From a virus (taxonomy: Duplodnaviria; Caudoviricetes), in IMG/VR virus record IMGVR_UViG_3300042860_000924, positions 1 through 55,595 of that record: a stretch of 55,595 nt of DNA; one strand, given 5' to 3'. A model generated the notes under the pieces. It ran no database searches and was not told the origin of the DNA. It was given only the letters and a program-made list of their open reading frames with translations. Shown piece by piece: positions 49,370 to 55,595 of this stretch. The position numbers were made by a program, and so were the translations under genes. Numbering within the stretch: position 1 is the stretch's first letter; each line of letters starts with the position of its first letter.

Positions 49370-49437
49370 CAAAATTATTACATTAATTAGTTGTTTTGCG
49401 TAAAATTTGCGAAAGTTACACACACTATATAGCACTA
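49370..49437 (-). promoter_or_regulatory. Putative late promoter of the portal gene
   Basis: -7 TAATTTTG (49370-49377), near-IHF box (49384-49396) and TAGTGCTATA (49428-49437), spaced as at 41688. Confidence 0.45.
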
Positions 49438-51452
49438 TAGTCGAAAAAGGGTCCTCTTGGTTTAGGAGTGTACCTTATATTCTGATTATCACCACTTTTC
49501 TTGTTAAAAAAGTCATGTCTAAAGAAGGCATCATAACCCTCATCTTCAGTTTCCTCTAGTAATGCTTTAATTTTCTTTTTATCTGCAGCATAATACAGGC
49601 ACATCATTAATGACATAACCCTATCGAAGTTCTTTTTAGGGTCTGGATCATAATGTATAAGCTCTTTTAGCAGAGGTATACTCCTGATAGTGTATAGATT
49701 AGATATTCCCTCTTCAGTAGAAGGACCAATTAACCACATCTTTATTAACTCTTCCCCGTACTCCTTCAACTGTGGCGCCATATGCATCCCCTTCTTCCTA
49801 GAAACAGTACTACTCTTAATGATATCATCTACAAATTTAGGCTTATCAGCTAACAAATGTACACAACCTTGGAATTGGAAGTAGTCAAATAATCCAACTA
49901 TCTGATTCTCATACAATGCCTTAGCATTATAGAGCATTATTAACTTCCTACATATCTCGTAGAAGTCACGGGCAGTTGAAGGACGTCCTGTATACTCCGC
50001 AACTATCCGTTGGGTTAGGGTATCAAATATAAATATAGAACCCAGTGAACTAGAGTTCTCAGCCTGATCTTGTTGGTATGGGTCAATACCAGCAATATAC
50101 CTACCGTACATTACTTGACCATCTGCAGCCTCTTTAGGTAACTCAAAAAGAACTACAGCTCCAGTTAAATCCTCATTAGACTGTTTATACGGGAATTGTT
50201 TAATTGGGAATAGGTCTTGATTAATCTTCCACTTAACAGTACCGTCAGTGTCAGATAATAGATCTACAACATAGTCAGCATCTTGTATATCAGGGTGTGT
50301 CTCAAGGAAAGATAATCTCTCCATAAGATCTGCTACAGGGAATATATTACCTGTTGTTCTTAAGAATGCCTCTTGTGGGGTCCTAGGATGCTGTGTAATG
50401 AACGTTTGATATGCACGCTTGTTACCAGACTTCCTAACCAAATCACGCTGTAAATCAAGCTCAGATAAAGCCTTAACCCTATCAGAGTTACCATCATCAT
50501 CTACGTGAGGTAACTTATACCAAGCATCATCTACAAACCAACCACACTCACCTACAGCATTTTCATCCCATATATTCTCATAGGATCTTAAACCATAAGC
50601 CTCAGGACTATAAAACATAGAAGCAAAGTCTTGTGTACCACCTTCCATATCACCACCAGTACCGTATATAATTGGTATACCAATCATGACATCACCATCA
50701 GAGAACAAAGGTTTAGAAAGCATATAAGCCTCAATTAAACCAGGCCACTTACCAGCTTCCTCAAATAACATGACAGAAGATGATTTACCAATGGATTTAA
50801 ATGGGTTATCTTTAAAGCTCATGGTCATAATCTCTGATTTGTACCCATGCTCTACCTCAATACCCTTCTCATTCTTTTCTTTAAATCCAGCTTTAATATG
50901 TACTCTGGTATCTATAAGTTTACGCTTAGCCCAATCTGTATGCTTATTTAAGAAGTTAATCATATCCAAAGCCATGTTCATAGTACTTTGGGAGTAATCA
51001 CTCATAAACGCAGATATGATACTAAAGCTATCTCTATACCAGTTATATTCATAAACTAAGTTAAAGGCTCCTTTATACGAGAACCCTTTACGTCTGGACT
51101 TAGCTACAATCATACCTTCCCTACTATTCTTAGCTTTCTCTAGCTCATGATAGTAGTAGTAATCCATATCAAGAAAGCGAGGGAAAGACTCATACTTTCG
51201 TTGTCTTTTACCCTCGCCTACTGTAACCTTTATCCTACCAAAATTTAGATACGCGTAATGTTCACCAGTAACTCTAACACCAGCAACTGTATAACCTTCT
51301 TTACATCTACGATCTTGCTCATCCCAATATTCCTGATATTCATAAGTACCTGGAGGAGCAAACGTATAACAGTTAAACTTCATGAAGTGCGTAGCAGCTT
51401 CACAAAACAATTGTGTGTTAACAAACTTTAAACTCGTATCTACTTTATTCAT
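49425..51452 (-). CDS. terL: Terminase large subunit
   Basis: Walker A AKSRRKGFSY, Walker B LFEEAG, GTGG coupling motif, nuclease AGIDPY and NFDRV motifs. Confidence 0.95.
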   Translation of the reverse strand: MNKVDTSLKFVNTQLFCEAATHFMKFNCYTFAPPGTYEYQEYWDEQDRRCKEGYTVAGVRVTGEHYAYLNFGRIKVTVGEGKRQRKYESFPRFLDMDYYYYHELEKAKNSREGMIVAKSRRKGFSYKGAFNLVYEYNWYRDSFSIISAFMSDYSQSTMNMALDMINFLNKHTDWAKRKLIDTRVHIKAGFKEKNEKGIEVEHGYKSEIMTMSFKDNPFKSIGKSSSVMLFEEAGKWPGLIEAYMLSKPLFSDGDVMIGIPIIYGTGGDMEGGTQDFASMFYSPEAYGLRSYENIWDENAVGECGWFVDDAWYKLPHVDDDGNSDRVKALSELDLQRDLVRKSGNKRAYQTFITQHPRTPQEAFLRTTGNIFPVADLMERLSFLETHPDIQDADYVVDLLSDTDGTVKWKINQDLFPIKQFPYKQSNEDLTGAVVLFELPKEAADGQVMYGRYIAGIDPYQQDQAENSSSLGSIFIFDTLTQRIVAEYTGRPSTARDFYEICRKLIMLYNAKALYENQIVGLFDYFQFQGCVHLLADKPKFVDDIIKSSTVSRKKGMHMAPQLKEYGEELIKMWLIGPSTEEGISNLYTIRSIPLLKELIHYDPDPKKNFDRVMSLMMCLYYAADKKKIKALLEETEDEGYDAFFRHDFFNKKSGDNQNIRYTPKPRGPFFDYSAI

Positions 51453-51595
51453 TACAATAATTTAATTATTTTATAAGGGATACCAAGCAATAGCCTATTA
51501 ACTATCTTTAGTATCTCCATAGTCTGAGCAATATTTACTTGCTCTTTCAAACCCTCATTCTGTGTTACTAGTTTCGCAAATTCTGTTATCTTCAT
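51452..51595 (-). CDS. 47-aa hypothetical protein (not in ORF track)
   Basis: MKITEFAKLVTQNEGLKEQVNIAQTMEILKIVNRLLLGIPYKIIKLL; its TAA overlaps the terL ATG. Confidence 0.65.
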   Translation of the reverse strand: MKITEFAKLVTQNEGLKEQVNIAQTMEILKIVNRLLLGIPYKIIKLL

Positions 51596-51597
51596 TA

Positions 51598-51699
51598 CTA
51601 TAAATCTGGGTGTCCTTTATGAATTTCGTATAATTTTAATACCTTAAAGTATGTAATTACTGATACAACCCAAGCTAATACTGAGAATAAAAAGCTCAT
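51598..51699 (-). CDS. 33-aa membrane peptide (not in ORF track)
   Basis: MSFLFSVLAWVVSVITYFKVLKLYEIHKGHPDL; TAATG-coupled to the upstream gene. Confidence 0.5.
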   Translation of the reverse strand: MSFLFSVLAWVVSVITYFKVLKLYEIHKGHPDL

Positions 51700-52106
51700 T
51701 ATTTTAAGTATTTTAATTTGTAAATTGTTGAATACATTAATGCTTCAACTTCATCGATTTGATTTTGTATATAAGAATCTTGTGGTAATGATCTTCTAAT
51801 AGTTTGTACCTTAGTAACAAACTCATTAAACATAGTAACACAATCTCCACCATAACAATCACACGTAGGCATTGGAATATTTAGTAACCCATACTTACCT
51901 TGAGCTGATTCCGCTAAAGCGTCTACAAGATCTACTATACCACTATAATAATCATCTAGAGCCTTATGCTCAGCAAAACTAGTAGTCTTTAAATGTGCTG
52001 CATGTGCAGCATCTCTAGTACTAAATAACATGGAGATAAACTCTCCTAGAGCCCCAGACTCTTTATTCTTATTTGCTTTATTAAGCAACTTATCAACAAC
52101 CGCCAT
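51699..52106 (-). CDS. Ferritin/Dps-like four-helix protein
   Basis: HAAHLKTTSFAEHKALDDYY...D.LAES.QG and IQNQIDEV...YKL match the phage Dps-like pattern. Confidence 0.75.
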   Translation of the reverse strand: MAVVDKLLNKANKNKESGALGEFISMLFSTRDAAHAAHLKTTSFAEHKALDDYYSGIVDLVDALAESAQGKYGLLNIPMPTCDCYGGDCVTMFNEFVTKVQTIRRSLPQDSYIQNQIDEVEALMYSTIYKLKYLK

Positions 52107-52308
52107 TTCCTAATTTATCTATTCTGAATAACCCTTTTGGTTCAGGTTTTTCTACTTTAATTGTAGGCCACTCGACTCCCTGAAAATTATCTTGTTTAGC
52201 TGGGCCTTCGTAGCCTAACAAGTTAAGGGCTTGATTAATTGTAATAGTACCTTTACGGTAGAGGTCAAGAATTACTTGCACCTCATCTCTATCTGTTGGT
52301 TTATTCAT
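52093..52308 (-). CDS. Hypothetical protein
   Basis: Coupled ORF; LYRKGTITINQALNLL short helical motif. Confidence 0.5.
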   Translation of the reverse strand: MNKPTDRDEVQVILDLYRKGTITINQALNLLGYEGPAKQDNFQGVEWPTIKVEKPEPKGLFRIDKLGNGGC

Positions 52309-52814
52309 TATCTTTCTCTTGCGAGTACATTACCGCCACCACGTACTCTGTTTTGATTTGTTTCTTCCTTCTTAACTCTCTCCTCTAACTTATCTAGTGA
52401 CTCTATAATTTTACCTAGCTTCTCTAAGTTAGATGTGTAGTTGCGGTGCTCAGGATCTTGGGTACGAAAGAATTCTGATAGTTTCTCCGCAGCAAACTTA
52501 GCTGACATTAACAGTCGTAGTGTTGGAGTCTGTTGTAGTTCCTCATACTTCTTAATAGCTGCATTAACTTTATCATCCCTTACCCAAGATTCATCACGTA
52601 TGAAATCAGATTTTATTTTGTCTTCTCGTTCTCCTGGTGGGTATGCTGTATACGGAGACTTATAATCGGCCATGAAATATACATAAGCAATCTCTTTGTA
52701 GGCCTTACCCTTTTCCTTAGACTTATCTCTATCCCAGATTTCTTTAAATTCTGGAATCGAAATAACTTCTGGAGATATCTTAACAACATTATTTTCTAAT
52801 TGGAATATACTCAT
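52308..52814 (-). CDS. Conserved crAss-like protein upstream of terL; candidate small terminase subunit
   Basis: EFKEIWDRDKSKEK..AYKEIAYVYF, C-terminal coiled coil and RGG tail. The TerS role is inferred from position only. Confidence 0.45.
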   Translation of the reverse strand: MSIFQLENNVVKISPEVISIPEFKEIWDRDKSKEKGKAYKEIAYVYFMADYKSPYTAYPPGEREDKIKSDFIRDESWVRDDKVNAAIKKYEELQQTPTLRLLMSAKFAAEKLSEFFRTQDPEHRNYTSNLEKLGKIIESLDKLEERVKKEETNQNRVRGGGNVLARER

Positions 52815-53323
52815 TAGTTAGGTTTTGATTTAGTGGACCAGTCCCCCATAATAGCTACATTAGTTTTAACATCTTCACCATTCTTAGCTAATAGACTTGC
52901 TGATTCTTTCTTAGCTTCCTCAGCTAATCTAAAGATATCATTATCTTCAGTTGTCTGATAGTCTGCATGCATTTTAGCATATTCAGCAGTTACTATATGA
53001 TCTATACGATAAGGATCTACAATTAGAAACTCCTCACCAAATAATGTTGTAATACCCCACTTACCACCAGGTTCTAACCCAGCGTAATCTCCAGGGAATA
53101 TATTAAGTACAGAAGCACCCACAGCTATTACTGGGAAGTATGGTTCAAATTCCATACGCTTCTCATCAGCTATTACAATACCACTATACTTCTTTCTAAG
53201 TACTCTTAGTAATACTTTATTACCTATTACTTTTATATGCTTACGCACAATATCATCACTTACTGTTGGTCTTTCGGACTTTAGTTGTGTTCCTTCCAGG
53301 TTTACCAATTTTTCTTTTCCCAT
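52814..53323 (-). CDS. GroES-like co-chaperonin
   Basis: VIGNKVLLR..SGIVI..VIAVG..IFPGD..GEEFLIV matches the Cpn10 pattern. Confidence 0.75.
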   Translation of the reverse strand: MGKEKLVNLEGTQLKSERPTVSDDIVRKHIKVIGNKVLLRVLRKKYSGIVIADEKRMEFEPYFPVIAVGASVLNIFPGDYAGLEPGGKWGITTLFGEEFLIVDPYRIDHIVTAEYAKMHADYQTTEDNDIFRLAEEAKKESASLLAKNGEDVKTNVAIMGDWSTKSKPN

Positions 53324-53627
53324 TTGTTGTTTTTTGTTTTTCGTTTAATTCTATTTTAAAGCCCCGTATCTCAAAACCATTTTGTTTCTTACGTAATTCC
53401 CATAGTTTATCACACGGCATATTGACTATCATTTGACCCAGGTCTCTATGAGAGATAACACTCATATTCTTTACTACCTTACCCTTAGAGTTTAAATACT
53501 CTGTAACATTATCTATCAAATCTAAATCAATCTGATGATGTCTTAGTACATCTCTAGCTATAAGTTTTGAAGAACCATCTGCGTTCTCCTTATATACATC
53601 TGAAAAATAAGGTATCAAATATAACAT
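53256..53627 (-). CDS. Hypothetical protein
   Basis: Likely start 53627 (MLYLIP), 1 nt after the upstream stop. Confidence 0.55.
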   Translation of the reverse strand: MLYLIPYFSDVYKENADGSSKLIARDVLRHHQIDLDLIDNVTEYLNSKGKVVKNMSVISHRDLGQMIVNMPCDKLWELRKKQNGFEIRGFKIELNEKQKTTNGKRKIGKPGRNTTKVRKTNSK

Positions 53628-53628
53628 A

Positions 53629-53850
53629 TTATTCCTCCCATCCCCCATTCTTGTATTTAGGACACCCATCTGGGGTTGATGAGTAAACCTTTAATGGTGT
53701 AAAACAAAGACAGCCCTTACACACCATTGTATTCTCCTCAAGCATATCACACTTCTGACAGATCTCTGATCTTATCTTGGCTTTCTCTGCTATCTCCTGT
53801 GTTGGATTTATCTTGTTCCTCAAGGCTTCCACTATCTCTGTTAACTTCAT
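53629..53850 (-). CDS. Small Cys-rich metal-binding protein
   Basis: R..ICQKC..CKGCLC..K..CP; likely start 53850. Confidence 0.6.
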   Translation of the reverse strand: MKLTEIVEALRNKINPTQEIAEKAKIRSEICQKCDMLEENTMVCKGCLCFTPLKVYSSTPDGCPKYKNGGWEE

Positions 53851-54037
53851 CAAATTTAGCACTCTTTTTAGGGAATAGTATCCCAAAGTTATGTAATCTA
53901 ATTGACTTAGGTTCTTTAGCCCTAACCATATTAGTTATAAATTTAAAGGGCTCACTTATTATAGCCCTAACTTGTATCTTAGACAACCCAAACTCTTCTG
54001 AGAGCTGGTCAACAAAATCATCAATCTTCAGTTTCAT
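53747..54037 (-). CDS. HU/IHF-like DNA-binding protein
   Basis: LSEEFGLSKIQVRAII...SIRLHNFGILF matches the HU body pattern. Confidence 0.7.
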   Translation of the reverse strand: MKLKIDDFVDQLSEEFGLSKIQVRAIISEPFKFITNMVRAKEPKSIRLHNFGILFPKKSAKFDEVNRDSGSLEEQDKSNTGDSRESQDKIRDLSEV

Positions 54038-54209
54038 GTTGTAACGTTACTTGTATATAATAAGCATTCTTATCATCCCCAACAATAGAAACATACTCAG
54101 TCCTTAAACCAGGTATTAAATCCTCTTGGTGAGCTAACTCTCTCTCCATTATTGAGAGAGCATTAATAAAATCCTCTAAACTATAGAACTTATATAATGT
54201 TACCTTCAC
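54021..54209 (-). CDS. Hypothetical protein
   Basis: GTG start overlapping the upstream stop; in-operon. Confidence 0.5.
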   Translation of the reverse strand: MKVTLYKFYSLEDFINALSIMERELAHQEDLIPGLRTEYVSIVGDDKNAYYIQVTLQHETED

Positions 54210-54544
54210 TTAACTTCAAATTCAACATTTATGATATACTTCCCATCTCTTGGGTAGGAAATAAACATAGGGGCTACACCACCATCAGTAATATAGCCCT
54301 TCTGTCTTAACTTTAACATAGCATCATCAAAAACACGTTTACCCAACCGTAACTTAGTACGTAATGAATCCAGTGTATCTTCATGCATCAATATCCCTTG
54401 TATATCTTCCTTATCCTTATTCAAACTATGTAAGGTAATTAAACTAGCTAGTACATTACGCTCAACCTTAGTTAACTTTAACATAGGGTCTAACCATAAC
54501 AAATAGTTATAAAACAAGCTTGGTTTAGTTACTGTTACTCTCAT
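54206..54544 (-). CDS. Winged helix-turn-helix protein
   Basis: LTKVERNVLASL...LRTKLRLGKRVFDDAMLKLRQKGYI fits the wHTH pattern. Confidence 0.65.
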   Translation of the reverse strand: MRVTVTKPSLFYNYLLWLDPMLKLTKVERNVLASLITLHSLNKDKEDIQGILMHEDTLDSLRTKLRLGKRVFDDAMLKLRQKGYITDGGVAPMFISYPRDGKYIINVEFEVK

Positions 54545-54755
54545 CTTTTATCTTATCGTAAGTTATTCTCAATATAGTAGCCATACCATTCCCATCAGTA
54601 GGAAAAGCAGATGGTACTTCAAGGTAATCTACTCTTTTATAACCCATACCCTCATACTCCTTATCTATATTATCAATATAATCCTGATCTACTAATTCCT
54701 TAACTAGAATCCTAGTTATTGTTGAACCACTAATAATCTTATCTTTTTTCTTCAT
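54525..54755 (-). CDS. Hypothetical protein, first gene of the late block
   Basis: A-rich leader; overlaps the next gene. Confidence 0.55.
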   Translation of the reverse strand: MKKKDKIISGSTITRILVKELVDQDYIDNIDKEYEGMGYKRVDYLEVPSAFPTDGNGMATILRITYDKIKDESNSN

Positions 54756-54759
54756 TTCC

Positions 54760-55006
54760 TTTAATTTTGAAAATACTTCGCCCTGAGTGAAATCTCTTCG
54801 ATTTACTTTTTGATATCATTATCTTGAACTTGAGCTAAGTCGTCTAGTTTTCACCTACCGTAACCCCAGAGCATTCACAATCTCTTCCTAGCTTTATCTG
54901 GGCAAATTCTCTTGTATCAAGATGGGCTCCTCACTACTATTTGTAGGTTTACTGTCCCTTAGAGAGTCTATAGTTGATCCGACGATTACATATAGACGAG
55001 TCTAAT
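54760..55006 (-). ncRNA. Putative structured non-coding RNA / leader
   Basis: ~250 nt with no credible ORF in an otherwise gapless operon. Several complementary segments: GTCTATA/TATAGAC, TCTTG/CAAGA, CCCAGA/TCTGGG, ACCTAC/GTAGGT. Confidence 0.45.
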
Positions 55007-55008
55007 TT

Positions 55009-55080
55009 TGGGCTGGGTGAGGGAATCGAACCCCCATTCGATACTTAAGTATCATAATGCCTATTTATACTAACCCAGCC
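55009..55080 (-). tRNA. tRNA-like RNA with collapsed anticodon arm (no assignable anticodon)
   Basis: GGCTGGGT/ACCCAGCC acceptor stem, D arm with GG and T arm GGGGG-TTCGATT-CCCTC. The anticodon arm is only GATAC-TTAA-GTATC. Confidence 0.75.
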
Positions 55081-55124
55081 AAGTTACTAATCCAAGGTAG
55101 CAACCCGAATTCAAGTAACAGACG

Positions 55125-55156
55125 CAAAGATAATATATAAATCCTCAAAATCCAAA
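55125..55156 (-). promoter_or_regulatory. Bacteroidota primary-sigma promoter driving the tRNA-like RNA and late block
   Basis: Minus strand TTTG-N20-TATCTTTG. Confidence 0.8.
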
Positions 55157-55283
55157 TAAAAATGGGATTATTTTTTAGTGAAAAATGTAACTACTTGATT
55201 TTGTAGGAAAAAAATTTTCTGTAAAAAAATTTTGTGTATAAAAAAGAGCGCGAACCACCCCAATAACACTACCCCCTTAGTGA

Positions 55284-55298
55284 CCTTGCCCGGCAAGG
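55284..55298. promoter_or_regulatory. GC-rich triloop hairpin at the strand-divergence point
   Basis: CCTTGC-CCG-GCAAGG ~55 nt upstream of the divergent gene, next to A/T tracts at 55208-55245. Confidence 0.4.
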
Positions 55299-55351
55299 GG
55301 TGTGTACCTTATCGGAATCCAAAGTTCAAAAACTAACTAAAAACAAAGAAA

Positions 55352-55594
55352 ATGAACAAATTCAAAAACATTACCGAAGCAGAAGCATTCATTAAAGCTA
55401 ATGGAATGGAACGTTCTGAAGGTAACGCCATGCGCTTACCAAGTGGATTAGAAGTGGGCAATGTATTCAACGCTACTTCAACTGGGACTGTATTCGTTGC
55501 TGAAACGAAGAAGAGCCGCGAAGCAAGGGAGAAAAACCCTCAACTGAAGAAAGCTGTGTATATTGGTTACGAATACCAATCAGAGGAGCATGGT
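55352..55594 (+). CDS. Divergent (probably early) gene, partial
   Basis: A-rich leader, then MNKFKNITEAEAFIKANGMERSEG..., open to the window end. Confidence 0.7.
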   Translation, partial: MNKFKNITEAEAFIKANGMERSEGNAMRLPSGLEVGNVFNATSTGTVFVAETKKSREAREKNPQLKKAVYIGYEYQSEEHG

Positions 55595-55595
55595 A

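Noticed and set aside
49425-51452. Intron or intein in terminase, portal or capsid genes
   Set aside because: The frames are continuous, motif spacing is ordinary, and no intein or homing endonuclease motifs were seen.
945-54044. All plus-strand ORFs in the track within this span
   Set aside because: They are short antisense shadows of long minus-strand genes, with Ser/Leu/Ile-rich non-protein-like composition and no motifs.
55009-55080. Calling the element an ochre suppressor (TTA), tRNA-Leu(TAA), tRNA-His or tmRNA
   Set aside because: The loop is 4-6 nt, so no anticodon can be assigned. TAA is the main stop codon here. The G-1:C73-like pair is not accompanied by GTG, and there is no G3:U70 pair or internal tag reading frame.

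Overview
This window is the virion (late) half of a crAss-like phage (Crassvirales-type gene order) with an AT-rich genome in the standard genetic code. Bacteroidota-type TTTG-N20-TAnnTTTG promoters point to a Bacteroidota host. Almost everything from 54755 down to 1 is one tightly packed minus-strand block. In transcription order it holds: small HTH, HU/IHF, GroES and ferritin-like genes; terminase; portal; an accessory structural cassette; scaffold-like protein; major capsid; ring, auxiliary capsid and hub proteins; collagen and beta-helix fibres; lysis genes; metallophosphoesterase; ring/tubular and muzzle proteins; and ejected cargo proteins. The ORF track misses the largest gene, an open frame from ATG 12343 running off the window start (>4,100 aa). 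It carries predicted membrane helices, a full SF1 helicase motif set, two repeat-flanked payload cassettes, an HExxH zincin and a probable virion RNA polymerase region. The most unusual signals are: (1) the KADIE(R/K)RRQE...YDAELAALE cassettes; (2) a tRNA-like RNA with no anticodon loop, followed by ~250 nt of apparently structured leader RNA; (3) a likely -1 frameshift fusing a cargo protein to a muramidase; (4) a second promoter class with an IHF box and a TAGTGCTATA motif at matching spacing. A divergent plus-strand gene starts at 55352. All family calls come from motifs and synteny read by eye; no searches were run.
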